Positions 1 through 18,837 of a stretch of DNA of 64,000 nucleotides are shown piece after piece (position 1 is the first letter of the stretch; the number at the start of each line of letters is the position of its first letter). The stretch comes from Salpingoeca rosetta. Taxonomy: Eukaryota > Protista > Choanoflagellata. A program made the translations under genes and the position numbers. Below the pieces are notes generated by a model. It had not been told where the DNA came from. It did no database searches and saw only the letters and a program-made list of their open reading frames with translations. The DNA lies in the NCBI GenBank assembly GCA_033442325.1, contig JAWQFM010000002.1:626442-690441 (forward strand). Reading direction: 5' to 3'.

Positions 1-142
1 TCTCCGCCCTCAATCCACCTGCGAAGCAACTCACGCTTATCATCAACATACCCGAACGCTTCACGTCCCCTCAACTCCCCCCTTCCTTTTTCTCTCCCTC
101 TCCCCCATCCGAATCCCTGCATTGGTGCACCAACAGGGTGCA

Positions 143-1708
143 GACAACCCGAAGGCAGCAGAGCGGCAGAGCAAAGCGGCCGCAGATGCAATGGCGCGTC
201 ACGGCGGTCAGCGCATGCCGTTTGCATGGGCAGCGCGACCTGTGTTCCGCTCTGATAAGGAGCTTGACACGCGTGCTGAGTTTTCGCCGCTGTTTCGCCA
301 GGATCTGGAGAAGATGCGCGAGGAAGACATGTTCCGTGTGCTGCATGAGTACCACCGCACCATGGTCAAGACCAGCACGCAGGGGAAACTCAGGTTTACG
401 ATGGTTCCCGGGGCGTTCACAGCGTCGGTCGAGCGCTACGCGTCCAACTACCCAACGGTGACCCCCTCCCTGCTGCCAGTGGCGCCGTACCCGGACAAGG
501 AACTCGCACCGCGACGCGAGGTGATGAGCTTCTATCCCCGTGCCCTGCAGCACGCCCACCTCACCTACTACGACTTTCTGTACGTGTACCCGCGCTCCGT
601 CAACTTTGCCGCCAAGCGCGTGAGCAAGAGCAGCAGTGCGCGCAATGTGCTCTGCCGCATCATGCTGCTTGACACGGACAAGTTTGCGCTCGACCCAAAT
701 CCATCGGGCGCGCCGCTTGTGTATGGCCGCTCCAACACGCAGCGCTACGTGTCGTACGCAGAGACCACGGTGTCGTACCACACGCGTCAGCCCACCTTCA
801 ACGAGGAGGTGAAGATTGCGCTGCCGCCAACGGTGAGCCGCCACCACCACCTCCTCTTCACCTTCTTCCACGTGGCAGTGAAGGAGAAGAAGAAATCCAA
901 GACAATGGTGCGGCTCGGCCACGCCGTCTTGCCGCTCGCCGTTGCGCTCACCACCAACCGCGCCCGCTTCCACATGTGCGTTGCAAGCGCCTCTGCTGGC
1001 TATGACGGCCACGATCTACCGCCAAACTATCTTGAGCAGATCAAGATGGAGGGCAAGACGCGCGACACGTATGACAAGGAGTGCGAGCAGGAGCCGCTGC
1101 CTGGCCTGCGCTGGCTGGACGACGGCAAGCCCCTGTTTGTCGTGGACACACGCTCGCACTCAACCGTCCGGCACCACGACGACCACTTGCGCAAGTTTTT
1201 CAACGCGTGTGCACGCCACGACCGCACCACGCGCTCCGACACGGAGCTGTGCAACGCCATCAAAGGGCTGCACGCCATGCAGGATGCAACGCTGTTTGGG
1301 TTTCTTCCCGTCATCTTCAACCAGCTGCTGGAGCTGCTGCCGTCGAGTCCAAGCAACCACGACGACGTGACGGCCAACGTGATCACGTATCTGCTGTATG
1401 CGGTGGGACGCATGCCCGTGACAGCCCACGAGCGCAGCCAGCTCGTGCACCAGTATGTTGAGCATGTGTTCAAGACATCTTACGACAGCACATCCATGCG
1501 CGCTGTGCACGACGGCCTTGCACATCAGCTGCTGCCCATCTTGAAGGACGGGCAGACACGCGACTCTGTTGTGCTGTATGCGTGGTTCTTTCTCCGTCTC
1601 ATCAGCAAGAGCATGGCCCAGTTTCTCTTTGAAACGAAAATGCACAAGAAACCCCGCAAGAAGCGCTTTCCTCAGGTTGGCAACGCTTTTTGTGTGTGTG
1701 TGCGTTTG

Positions 1709-1794
<86 letters not shown>

Positions 1795-2256
1795 TGGGTG
1801 TGAGTGTGGCTGGGTGCGTGCGGGTGTNNNNNNNNNNNNNNNNNNNNNNNNNNNNNNNNNNNNNNNNNNNNNNNNNNNNNNNNNNNNNNNNNNNNNNNNN
1901 NNNNNNNNNNNNNNNNNNNNNNNNNNNNNNNNNNNNNNNNNNNNNNNNNNNNNNNNNNNNNNNNNNNNNNNNNNNNNNNNNNNNNNNNNNNNNNNNNNNN
2001 NNNNNNNNNNNNNNNNNNNNNNNNNNNNNNNNNNNNNNNNNNNNNNNNNNNNNNNNNNNNNNNNNNNNNNNNNNNNNNNNNNNNNNNNNNNNNNNNNNNN
2101 NNNNNNNNNNNNNNNNNNNNNNNNNNNNNNNNNNNNNNNNNNNNNNNNNNNNNNNNNNNNNNNNNNNNNNNNNNNNNNNNNNNNNNNNNNNNNNNNNNNN
2201 NNNNNNNNNNNNNNNNNNNNNNNNNNNNNNNNNNNNNNNNNNNNNNNNNNNNNNNN

Positions 2257-2330
<74 letters not shown>

Positions 2331-3759
2331 CTGTGTGCATCTGTGTGTGTGTTGTGCATGTGTGCATGGACATGTCGAGTGAATTCGGCACATCGGGGAG
2401 CGAGAGCTTTACCATCATCACCATCGTCACCATCATCACACAACGCTGGCTGCCATCGCTCAATCCTCAACCTCACGCTCCTGTTGTCGCTGCTGTAGGT
2501 TGCGTGCAAGTTTGATTACATCCGCATCATCTGCAGTTACTCGCAGTTTGTGTCGCTCAACTTGCCGCTGTCGCCAGAGACGCTTGATGAGTGCGTGTCT
2601 GCGTGTGATCACACCTTCAAGCGCCGCCACTACCCGGCGTGGGTGCTCCTCAGCAACGTCACCTCCATGCTTGACCACCCAGATCGAAAGTATGCACTGT
2701 GTGTTAGTGTGTGAGATTGTAGACATGTGTTGGTGTGTGAGAGAGTGAGAGATTGTATTCGTGTGGGTCGTGTGTGTCGCGTGTCGTGAGTCCGTGGCGC
2801 ATATGTACACGTGACGATGCATCCTTTGAGCCATACGACACAATCCTGCCACTCATGCATCACATCCACAAACCTGCCGCACCCCCCCCCCTGTGCATTT
2901 CAGTCTGCGCCAGCGTGCGATTGCGACGCTGCGGAATGTGCTGATGCGCCACGACCGGCAGCTGACGGCATCGTCGCGAGCAGCGCGCGAACGCGTGGCC
3001 ATGCTGTACTTTCCTGTCGTGCACATGGTCACTGCACACAGCCAGTACCTCACAACGTCAAGCACAGGTACGATGTGATGGCGGCGGTTGGGGGGGGGGG
3101 AGGCAATTAGGGTGGTGGTGGTGATGCTGATGCTGATGCTGATAATGCTGTTGGTGTCAGGTGTGCATGGAATTATTTGAACACCTGTTGCACGGAGCAC
3201 TTCCATGCATGCTGTTGAATAGGCCTCACATCGCGAGCACAGCTCCACAACCACCACCACACCTCAACCACATCTACACGTACACACGCTCACACTCACT
3301 TCGTTTCACCCACCCACCACACACACACACTTCAACTCACACGCCATGTATGTCATGCTGTGTTCACCGCCCAGCCGAGCCGCGGTCGCCGCTGCATCTA
3401 AGCCACGACGCAACGCGGGACCTGCTTGCGTGTTTCCTGTTTGTGCTGAAGAACTACGACCCACAGCTCATCATCTACTACCACCGCACGGCGTTTTCGC
3501 GCTCGTTCTTTGACGTGTTGCGTCATGCCATTGACACGTTCCACTTCAAGGGGCGCAAGGAGATTGTGGCGGCCATGATGGACGCCCCAATTACCCACCA
3601 GCACGCAATCAAGTATGCATGGTGGCGCAATGGCTGGTGGTGGTGGTGGTGGTGTTGTTGTTGTTGTTGTCGTTGTTGTTGTTGTTGAAGTTGTTGTTGT
3701 TGTTGAAGTTGTTGTTGAAGTTGTTGTTGTTGAAGTTGTTGTTGTTGTTGTTGTTGAAG

Positions 3760-3823
<64 letters not shown>

Positions 3824-4921
3824 AGTTGTTGTTGTTATTGTTTAAGTTGTTGTTGTTGTTGTTTAAGTTGTTGTGACATCATGACATCGCTTGTTGTCTC
3901 TCTGCATGACACTGCGCGCAGGTTTGTATGGTTATGCTGCCTTGCCATGTGCTCATCAACATCTTTGCTGTCTTGCATGTGTGTGTGTGTGTGTCGCACG
4001 TGTGCACGCACTGTGCTCATTGATTGCGCCCTATCATCCCAGGATCATTGAGGAAGGATACACAACGGTGAAGCGGAAAGGAAGCTCTGCCAGCGGTCTG
4101 ATCGATTGGCGAACACGCACACGCAGCGTTGTTGATCGTCAATCACTCTCTGCCTCCACACCAAACGGGTCCCACCTCGGCACACCCCGCAAGAAGACGT
4201 ACGAGTGTTGTATGTGTGCGTGCGTGTGTGTTGAAGGTGAATGGCTCGGTTCTCCTGCTTGCTGCTGTCCTGTTGGCTCCCGTACAACACCGCTGCCATC
4301 CAACCTCCCACCTCTCCCATCGCCACCCCCTCTTTTATCTCCAGCATTGAGCGGAGTGGGACGTCGCCTGTGCCGCCGCTTGAAGAGCAGTCGTCAACGA
4401 CTCGATTCCGCCTCTCCACCGTCGGCTCTTCCTCTGCACTCCAGGGCGCACTCTCCCCGCAGAAGGTGCCCGATTGCTCGTGCTGGTTTTGTGTTGTTGT
4501 GTTGTATTGTACTGTGCTGTCTTGTGTTGTCTTGTGTTGTCTTGTGTTGTGTTGTACTGTGTTGTGTCGTGCCGTGTGGATGGCGCTTGTTGATGACGGT
4601 GGTGACGATGTCGTACGGTTGATGGTGAGGGTTTTGTTGAATGTTGTTGCTAGTGTTTTGAGTGGATGTACACGAACAGTACCTGCCGTGTGGCGTGGAT
4701 GTTTCGCTGCTGCGTGTTCTATTTCATTTGACGGACAAATATGTTTACGTGTGTGAACGTGTGCAGATTGACAAGGCGGTGCTGCATGCCGGCCACTTCG
4801 CCATGGAGAGCGCATTCGTCGTCCTTGAGATGCTCGAACTCATCCTCCAAGGTGAACACAATATCATCTTCTTGTGGGCACGTGCCTCCGCGTATGCTTG
4901 TGTGTGTGTGGGGGGGGGTGC

Positions 4922-4962
<41 letters not shown>

Positions 4963-5721
4963 TCTGTCCGTTTGTCTGTCTGTCTGTCCGTCTGTCTGTC
5001 TGTCTGTCTGTCTGTATGCCCACCTGTACCTGTACAAATGTGCATGTGTGGACTCCGTGGAGCTCACGCATGTGCGGTTGTCGCAATCATTGCCTCACCT
5101 CTGCCGCAATCACTGCTGTATCGCCATCATCATGTGCACGCCCTGTTCAGACTTTCCGGACACGATTGAGGAGCAAGACGGCATGAACTACGTTGCGCAG
5201 GACTCGTTTGGCATTCTGCTTGAACTCCTGCGAAAGGAGCCCAGCGACAACATCGTGCCACACGTGTTTGCATCCATCAAAGCGTTTGCAGAGACCTACC
5301 CAACTGTCCTCTTCAACCCACAAGTCGACTACAACCAAGAGCTCTGCCACACGGTGAGTAGTCCTCGCGTAGTGTCTGGCTCCACTTTGAAGAGTGCATT
5401 TTGCACGTTGCACTGTCAAGATTTGCACTGTGAACATTGCATTGTGTGCACATTCTCCCCGCTTTCCGTCCCCCCCCCACAAACACACACACACACACTC
5501 TCTCTCTCTCTCACGCGCGTTTGACACTATCATCCACGCTCCACCCGTGGACTTGACGTGACGTGACGTGACACCACAGGCGCTGCGTGCGTGCAGCAGC
5601 TCCCTGCCCCGCTTGCAAAAGTACAGTGCCGTTCTGCTCTATTTTCTCCTCAAGCAGAACATTTCGCGCATGACGCAAGACGTCCTCGTCTCCGTGTCCA
5701 AGATCGCAGGCACTCTCACAG

Positions 5722-5769
<48 letters not shown>

Positions 5770-5973
5770 AAGTATGGAAGTTGGAGGCAGTGCAATTGTG
5801 CGTCTTGGCTTGTGGCTGGTAAGTACCACCAACACCATCTTTTCCACATCACTTTCCCTTCCCCTCCCACCAGAGCGCGGACAAGCGGTTGCAGACGGCA
5901 ATTGACAAAGTCGCTGAATTGGCGCAGGCAAACGCTGCGCGCAGCCAGCCCGGTTTCTCCAGCGAGGTGCGGT

Positions 5974-6019
<46 letters not shown>

Positions 6020-8624
6020 GTGCATGTGTGTTGTGTGCATGTGTGTGTACGTGTCGTGTGCGTGTGTGTACCTGTGTGTGCGTGCTCGTCTACGTCCATC
6101 TTGGTGCGTATCTATCCATCAGTGGTTACGCTTGCGTTGCCACGCGTGTGTACTCCTGTATTTGAATTTCTAACTGATCGTTGCTGACCTTCCTTTGCAC
6201 CATATCAGGTTGAAGGGCTGATGCGACGTGTGAGGACGGTGCTCGTGAACACATCCAAATTCCAACAGTACAAGAGCGATCCCGAAACGCTTGTTGATCT
6301 ACAGGTGTGACAATGCTGCAACATGACGCCTGGAACGTGATCGTGTGCCGGTTGTACATGGAGCTGCTGGTGCGCTTGGCCTGATGTGTTCCTCTGCTTC
6401 TGTCAGCCTTCATCTTGACCATTGACCATTGGTATTTGCTCACAACCACAACAACCACGCACCTTGCCCCTGCTTTGTACACACGTGTTGTCGTTGCAAT
6501 CAGTGGGACGTTGCCAACTCCTACTCCACATCACCAGACCTTCGCCTCACGTGGCTGGAAAAGTACGACAACGCACAGTCGGGGTTGTGCCTGCATCACA
6601 CTGCATCCACAATTGCTGTGCCAATCGATGGTTTCGTGCCATGCACGCACACGCAACACACGCGTATGTCTACACTCACGCATGTGCCAACACACACACA
6701 CATACACATACACATACACACCCACATTGGCTTGTGTGGTACACGTGACAGGATGGCAAGCAACCAGGCCGAGAGCAAGTGCTGGGTTGAGGCGGGCATG
6801 TGTGTTGTGCACGGCGCCGCCATCACCGCCCAGGTCCTCGCTGTAAGAGATCCAAACTCCCCATACCGTACGTCCCTCCGCTCGCAACGTTTCCTTCGTT
6901 TTGTGTGCATGTGCGTTTCTTGCTCTTGTGTGTGTGTGTGCATGTGTGTGTATGTGTATGTGTGTGTACGACATGTTGTTACACCATGAAGCACACACGC
7001 GCACACATGCACGCGCGCGCACACATACACGCACACACACACACGCGCGCGCACACACACACACAAGGTGCAACACACGCCAGTGCAATCACTGCTCTGC
7101 CCCAGCCGTTTTTTTTTCCAGCGTCATCTCAATTCCTTTTATCCTGCATCCACTGCAGGTTTGAAGGACTTTGAAGCGATTTCGCCAAACATCAACATGG
7201 AGCGACTGGATGCGCTTGCTGTTGAGCAAGCAAAGAGTCTCACGTCTCCTCTCTTCACCACGCGAGGTGAGTGGTGGCGAGATGGCAGAAAGGATGGTAG
7301 TGGTGGTGGCGGTGGCGGCGGCAGTGGGAGGTTGTTGTTGTCAGTATGCACAGCGCACGCACAATCACACGCTCATTCAGCGAACGTGTGTTTGTTGCTC
7401 ATCATACACCTCACATCACACGCACACGCACACGCACACGCACATGTGCATGCACAACTGCTCGCTGCTGCCACAGATTGGTGCACATGGTTTCGCGTCG
7501 CCATCTCCTGTTTCAAGCGCGCAGAATACTACGAACTCGTCGGTGCGTGTGTGTGTGTGTGTGTTGTCCAGCGACAGTCACTGTGCCGGGGGCCTATTGA
7601 TAGCATCTTGTAGGTATATCTCTAGTAGGGGCTAGTATGTCGTTATATTTAGATGTGTCACTCAACGTTCAAGAAGCGTGCTTCTGTGCGTTGTGCTGGT
7701 CTTATTGCCGCTGGACATCGTACTGACGTCTCGCCTTCGTGAACACGTGCATGTGGGATGGTCCGTGTTACTCTTCAGCAAACTGTACAACCTGATCACA
7801 CCGCGATTTGAGGAGCAGAATCGGTACACGCTGCTCTCCGAAGCGCACAGCGATCTGCACGAGTGCTACGAACACATTCTCCAGGCAAACAAGTGTGTAA
7901 CCATGCGTGATGTCAACTCCCGCCTGAGTCGAGCACCGCCCTTTTTTGTGCTTTCTGGTCTGCCCTGCGTGTGCACCACGCGTGTACATGTCTGTGTGTG
8001 TGTGTGTGTGTCTGTGTGTGTGTGTCTGTCTTGCCTTCCGTCACTCACGCATATGCAACCCCACCTTCAACACACACACATGCACACACACACACACGCA
8101 CGCACTGAATGCAATAGGAACCGCATGCGTCACTTTGCGACGTATTACCGCGTCAAGTTCTTTGGCGCTGCGTTTGAGACTATGGACGGCAAGGAGTTTA
8201 TTTACAAGGAGCCGAACATCACGCCGCTCGCAACAGTCTCCATTCGTCTCAAGTCGCTCTACACAAAGCATCTTGCCGGCAAGGCAGCGCTTGAGATGAT
8301 CACGGACTCAAATGACGTGGACGCAAGCACGCTTGATGCAAGCAAGGCCTATCTGCAGATCACACACGTGGAGCCGTATTTTGATGAGGAGGAGCTGGCA
8401 GAACGCGCGTTTCATTTCCACCGCAACTACAAATTGCAGCGTTTTATTTACGAGACGCCGTTTACAGCATCTGGAAAAGCGCGCAGCGAATCTGTGACGG
8501 AGCAGTGCAAACGCAAGACCATTCTCACCCTCGCCAACTCGGCCTTCTTCCCCGCCCTCCGCAAGAGGTGCCGTCTCTATGCATGTCCGCACATGTGTGT
8601 GTGTGTGTGTGTGTGTGTCTGTAT

Positions 8625-8658
<34 letters not shown>

Positions 8659-9758
8659 CTTGAAATATGTTTTTGCAGCCACCTGTGTTCAAGAATAATC
8701 TGCATCTGCATCATCATAACATTCGCCAACCCTCCCATCTTCCCATCATGCTTTGATTATTATTTTCGTTTGCTTGCAGGCTTGAAGTGCAGCAGCCGCA
8801 CACAATCATCGAGCTGAGCCCAATCCGCGTTGCCATTGATGAGATGACGAAGAAACTGCTCAAGATTGAGGAAATTGTCGAGGCATCCATCCCGAACCTC
8901 GTGATGCTGCAGCTCCAACTTCAGGGCACCCTCACCTCCCAGGTGCGGCCATGTGCTTGGCTGGTGGCAGTTGCCTGGTGGCCGTTGGCTGATGGCGGTT
9001 GATGTTGTGAGCGACACTTGTGGGTCATGGTTATTCTGTGCGCAAGCGAATGTAACAAAGGAGTGTGTGATTGTGTGTCTTCATGTGTGTGCGTGTGGTT
9101 GTGTGTTTCAGGTGAATGCGGGGCCGATGCAGTACGCAGCCGAGTTTCTTGGCAAGAAGGACCAATTCCCAAAGCGCGACATCAGAGTATGTGGAGTGCG
9201 TTGCTTGTGCACGAGCATGGGGTGGCACACATGCAGGTGCTGGTCGCCATCACATCTTCACAAGCATGCGCACAAACACCCGCGCCTATATGCACACACA
9301 TACACACACATACGCGCACGCACACACACACATACACACATGCACACACACACGTACACACACATACATACACACACATACATACATACACACGTACCTA
9401 CGCCTTTCCTCCTGCTGCCCTTCCATCACTCCGGCATCTCACCTCTTCAACTTCATTTATTTCCCCCCCCCCCCCGCGCGGTGTTTGGTTGCAGAAACTG
9501 TCTGATTTGTTTGAGAAACTGCTGGAGCACATGCGCGCAGGCGTGGAGGTTCACCGCCGGCTCATCTCGGAGGAGCATTTAGAGCTTCAAGTACAATTGG
9601 AGGCGGGACTGGACAGAATGTCCGCCACGTTGGAACAGCTGATTCCGTCCATCCGCCAGAAGAAGCGACGCAGCATGCGCCAGATGCCGCAGCCCAAGGG
9701 CGTTTCGGACAAGGTGGACGAGCCAGGCATCCACTACCTCAACCACCTCCTTGGCTGA
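143..9758 (+). CDS. DOCK-family GEF, DOCK-D/zizimin (DOCK9/10/11-like); multi-exon, 5' end upstream of the window
   Basis: Exon ~143-1675 has RMPFAWAARPVF and the C2/DHR-1 signatures LYVYP..ARN, YH..PTFNEEVKIALP, HHHLLFTFFHV. Later exons encode DHR-2: YYRVKFFG, EFIYKEP, YLQITHVEPYFD, QCKRKTILT, LQLQLQGTLTSQVNAGP. VNAGP resembles DOCK9-11 rather than the VNQGP of DOCK6-8. Stop TGA at 9756-9758. Confidence 0.92.
1828..2256. other. Assembly gap (N run) flanked by (GT)n
   Basis: N run inside a DOCK intron. Confidence 0.99.
3636..3873 (+). repeat. (GGT)n/(GTT)n trinucleotide microsatellite in a DOCK intron
   Basis: Seen directly in the sequence. Confidence 0.95.
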
Positions 9759-10191
9759 GCAGCCAGGTGTTTGGTCGAAGGTGGCTTGAGCTGGCATTTA
9801 CAACCAGCAGTGGTTGCTTGCTTGCAGTTGTTATTCACACGCTTGGACGACAGTGCTGCGGCTTTTGATAGTGGTGATGGTGTGAGGGTGGAGCGCATTC
9901 AAGGCGTGGCTCTTGCCGGGCCTGATGTTATTTGCTTTCCTTTACGTTCCACTGTTATTATTCTGTGTTTGCTTTTCATTTCTCCGTTGTTTCAGTGATG
10001 TGCCCTTGCTTGGCTGGTGGCTGCGAGGTTGTTCAGCCGATGCTTTGGTGTTGTCTGCTTTGAGACGTGTTGGTGTGTGTGTACGGTCTTCATTTCCGTT
10101 CTCAGTCACCGCTAGAAGGATCCAAGCTTTGCAGGTGACATGATGTGATGTGACACATACATTCTGCCTATCGAAACATGAACATGTGCAG

Positions 10192-10788
10192 CTATGCAGA
10201 CTTGATCTTGTGTGGTGTCGGTGTGGTTGCAGTGAACACAGCAATGATCATGATGAAATGGCACACGTGCAGAACAGCTGAGCTGATGTCTGTGGACGGA
10301 TAGGTGTTCCAGGCAAACTCAATCCCCACGAGAACAGCACACCTAAAGCGATGATGAAAGGGGAGTTGTTGCGCGGTGTGTATGCGTGTGAGGGGGGGGG
10401 GGGGCAGAGATCAAATGAGTGTGAGCAACGCACACAACCAGAAATGCACAAGAGACAAAATACATACACATACCCGTACACGTTCGTGCATACCTGCACA
10501 CGCACAAGCACAGACGTACATACACACGCGCATGCATACACGCACACGCACACGACCTGAGTAGGAATGGCAGCTTTGAGTTCCAGAGAAGCCAGGCGAT
10601 GGAGTGATAGTACCAGATGTAAAATTGGTAGTGCAAGCTGCGGGCAACAGCCATCCCAACGAGATTGGAGGCGAACAGCGTCAGCAGGATGCCTCGTGCA
10701 TCGAACCGGCACCGCCCAAAGTCACGTACACTGAACCGTCTGTTTGAGTGTTTTGGGCGGGGGGATATGTGTGTGTGTGAGTGAATGT

Positions 10789-10861
<73 letters not shown>

Positions 10862-11442
10862 TGGGTGTGAATGTGTGTGTGGGGGGGGGGGGTGAATGTG
10901 TGTTCAGTGTGCGTGTTCAGTGTGTGTGAATGTGTGTGTGTGTGAATGTGTGTGTGTGTGTGAATGTGTAAGCGCCACACATGAAAATGCATGAAAGAGC
11001 ATGCACAGCACACAGCACGCTAATCCAAACAAAGCACACGCATACACACGCAACCACCACCGCCACCACCTCGTGCGCCAATATGTGGCGAGCACTGAGC
11101 ACAACTGACCTTGACCACTTGTACGCAAGAGCGGACAGGAGAGCAATGTGCAGGAGGAGGAGCCCTGCGTGAAATCGTCGGTCCAGAAACGTTTCTTCCG
11201 GAAGAAAGCGCCAGTTGACCGTCCACACGTACATGAACTGGCGGCCAAGGTTGAAGGAGCGGACAATGTATCCGATCGGGTTCTCCAGCAGAAACGGGAC
11301 GGCAAGCGCAACCTGCACATGCGGTGTGTCATTTTGGTGATGATGCCGTGATGTAAGAGGGGGGGGGGGGCAATTGTGTGATTCTGGGAGCGGGGCGGGT
11401 GCTTGCTGCACAGAAGGCCTACAAAATGAACACACACACACG

Positions 11443-11533
<91 letters not shown>

Positions 11534-12301
11534 AATGAGGCCGCAGAGAGCGATTCGCCAGAATGCGCCGGCGAAGCCGCAGTGGAGAAGAAGAAGCAGA
11601 AGCAGGCCCGGCGCAAACAGCAGCACGTTCATCTTGATGGACACAGCAAGACTGCAGCCAAGAAGGTGGGGGGCGAGGGAGGTGATGTAGATGAACACGG
11701 GTGTGTGAGCGTGTGTGTAGTTGTGCACATGCATGGAAGGATGTGTGTGTGTGAACGAGAAGAGTCGTCAGAATCGCGGCCGCAGCTTGCTTACCTGAAA
11801 AGGACGCAGCCGGCCGTCCACTTGTACTTGACGAAGAGCGCGCAGGCGGCATAGAAGAAGAGCATGGCGACCGGATCGTTGAAGAGGCGAAGCACGAAGA
11901 TGGAGTGCACCCGGAACGCCGTCAGCGCGATGACTGCCAGCAGGTACGGCGGTTGCTGCCGCAAGGACGCGTGGTGGGGTTTTCAAACACAAGCACGACG
12001 ATAGATGAGCGGATGCACGGTACAGTGCGAGCAATGAAGGTGCAGGTGGTGGTCATGGCAACGACAAGGACGAGTCGTTCGCAACCATCATGATGTGCTG
12101 ATTATGGAGCTGGTCATACCTTCGTTGCAATGTAGAGGTACATGACAAGCGCGAGGAAGGCCAGGTAGACGCCAGCAAAGATGTATTGTGCCAGCAGGAT
12201 ATCAGCTCCTTGTCCTGTCACATGGTATAACCCTGCAAAGATGTACACAAACCCAGCAGGGTATCTGTGTGTGTGTATGTGCGTGTGAGTTGGTGTGTGT
12301 G

Positions 12302-12377
<76 letters not shown>

Positions 12378-12621
12378 AGTGAGTGAGTGGAGGCATGTTG
12401 TGTGAGCACCGCTCGGTCTCTCAGTCTCTCGATCTTGCTTCAGCTCTCCCCTCTCCATCTTCACCCCCACCTCCACCTGCGTCTGCGTCTGCATCTTGGG
12501 TGTGCAAACTTACACAAGTGGGCCCGTGTCTCCCTTGAGCTGGGTGTAGTCGTGTGTGCCATTCAAGAAGCCTTCCACCTCATCCATATACGCCTTCCAG
12601 TCAATCTCCGTATCTGTTCAT

Positions 12622-12702
<81 letters not shown>

Positions 12703-12904
12703 TGAGGGAGCGTTCCAGTCAATGTCAGGATCACACCCACACGAGGCATCACTGCACACTGGCAACATTCCACTCACATGAGACAAAGTGGATGATGGCC
12801 CAGAGCAGCGCAATCTCCGCTGCGAACACGAGCGTCGCCATGCGCCATGACACACGCCAGTCCGTCAGCGTCTCCCGTGCAAACCCAACAACCCCAGACA
12901 ACAT
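10192..12904 (-). CDS. ALG3: Dol-P-Man:Man5GlcNAc2-PP-Dol alpha-1,3-mannosyltransferase, 8 coding exons
   Basis: Spliced motifs [73 protein letters not shown]-terminal KIKSA* is a KxKxx ER-retrieval motif. Confidence 0.96.
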
Positions 12905-13034
12905 CCTCTGCGTCTGTGGTGTGTGTCTGTGTGTGGCTGTGTTGTGTGTGTTGTGCAATTAATTCTCTTTCCTCCCTCCAAACCACCGAACACAACACGA
13001 CACCCAATACACACAAACACAACAAGACAAGACA
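12905..13034. promoter_or_regulatory. Very short divergent (bidirectional) promoter region between ALG3 and the SDR fusion
   Basis: Only 130 bp between the two inferred start codons. Confidence 0.6.
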
Positions 13035-16784
<3,750 letters not shown>

Positions 16785-17667
16785 TGGGGGCATGTCGTGT
16801 CGTCGTGTCATGCATGCGTGCCGCGTTAGTTTTCAAGCAACAGCGACAACAACCCCTCCCCTTTGCTTTGTTCCACGCGTTGCTGTCGGCCCGCGCCCCT
16901 GGATGAATTATTTCGTCTTCAACGCCGGACGCTTTGCGAATGCAATCGCGCGTGGTGTGAATTTGGCATCAATACACAACACCACACAAACAAAGGAATT
17001 GCGCATGTATACGCGAGTGTTGGAGAATGGTTGTCTCGGATGCCATGGCTCGTCATATATACCAGGTCACGGGGGAAGAGGAGGCTGTGGTCGTTCGCAC
17101 CTGGTGATGTAGCAAGGTAGCAGCATGTTGCAGTGTTGGACCACACGAGGAGAAGCAGAAACAAAAAAGAGAGAGAGAGGGGAAAGATGGTGGGCGGGTA
17201 CCATTGCCTCTTTTCAACTTGAAACGTTTCCGTGGCCAGCGAGTCAAAGGCTTGACGCAAGGCGTAGAACGTGTGGTGCAAAAGCACGAAGACCAACACC
17301 CCCACCCCCACCCCCCGGGCGATTCCCAGCAGACAGGCAGACGAGAACCAAGTTAAAAAAAAAAAAAAAAAGACGAAGATAGCGGAATTGTTCGACATTA
17401 AATCATGGGATGGAGATGTGAGGACAGCTGGGAGTCGCGTGCACCACCAACACCTCGCGCCTGAGAAGAGCGAGACAGAAAACACACCATCCTTCATGCA
17501 ACACAATCATTGCCACAAGTGTTTATTGTGACCGGCGTGCTGCTCACAAGTTCTACACACACACCAGGCCTGTTTACTCACACAAAGCAAAGGAGAAATG
17601 CCAAAGGAAAAGAGAGTCAGCAAGAGCAATCACACAGACATACAACAACCACACATGTGTCAGTCAT

Positions 17668-17745
17668 TTACAAGTCCCCAAGCCACTCAGCCGGCACCTC
17701 AGCTGGAAGGAATCGAAACTTGTCACGTGCACCACCACCACCACC

Positions 17746-17779
<34 letters not shown>

Positions 17780-18837
17780 TAACTGCTGCTGTCACAGGCG
17801 ATGAACAGACCCGATTTCCCGCCACTCTTGAGAAGCAGGCGTGTCTCTGCAATGCACACGCTCTTGTCAATGGCCTTCACCATGTCGTACACGGTGAGCG
17901 CAGCAACGCTCACAGCGGTCATGGCCTCCATCTCCACGCCCGTCACACCTGTCGTGCGTGCGCGTGCGAGCACGACGACCTCACGGCCAGATTCCGACAG
18001 CACAACACGCATGTCGACTGCGTCGATGGGAATGTTGTGGCAGAGCGGGATGAGCGTGGCCGTGTGCTTGGCGCCACAGATGCCGGCAAAGTGTGCGATT
18101 TGCAACACGTTGCCCTTGGCAACTGCACCGTCGGAGGACAGCAACACGTCTGCCACGCCCTGCGATACACGGACACGGGATGACGCAATCGCGGTCCTGC
18201 GTTGCGGATGTTTCATCCCAACATCCACCATGCGAGCACGGCCGCCCTCGTCCACGTGTGTAAGCGTGGACTTGGCGCGACACTGCAGTCGGAACGGGGA
18301 CAGCGATGAACGGGCAAGTGGCAGCGTCGATGTTGACGGTGTCGGCAGAGACGAGGGAAGCGGTGCTGGGCAAGCTGCTGCAGACGAGGAGGAGGAGGAG
18401 GAGGAGGAGGAGGAGGTGGTGGTGGTAGCGGAAGAGTGCACCGACAACGCATGCCGTGGCCTGTGTGGCTGGTCTTGCAGGGGTGCAGGTGACGAGAAAA
18501 GGAGAAACGAAGACGCCGGTGGCAGCAAACGATACAGCGGCATGCCCACACCCGCGATGGTGTCGCCAGCCTCGTCCACGGTGGAGGAGGAGGAGGAGGA
18601 GGAAACACGAGTTGCAGATGAAGGCGACGAGGGCGTGGTGGCACGACGAACGAGGGGCGAGACGCAAGAAGACACGAGTGGGGACGGTAACGACGACGAC
18701 GACGACAATGACGGTAACGGCCGAGCAGAAGTAGGATGGGTCGATTCTGCACAGTGAGGGCGGGGGGGGGGGAATGCAAGCAAGGAGACACCACAGTGAG
18801 AAACGGGTTGGCGTGGCCTGGTAAGGGCAGTATACAC
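17668..18837 (-). CDS. MOCS1: MoaC / MOCS1B (cPMP synthase) exon with a long S/P-rich N-terminal linker
   Basis: LTHVDEGGRARMVDVG, GAKHTATLIPLCH, TGVEMEAMTAVSVAALTVYDMVKA, KSGGKSG. Candidate phase-0 splice acceptor at 18837. Confidence 0.92.
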
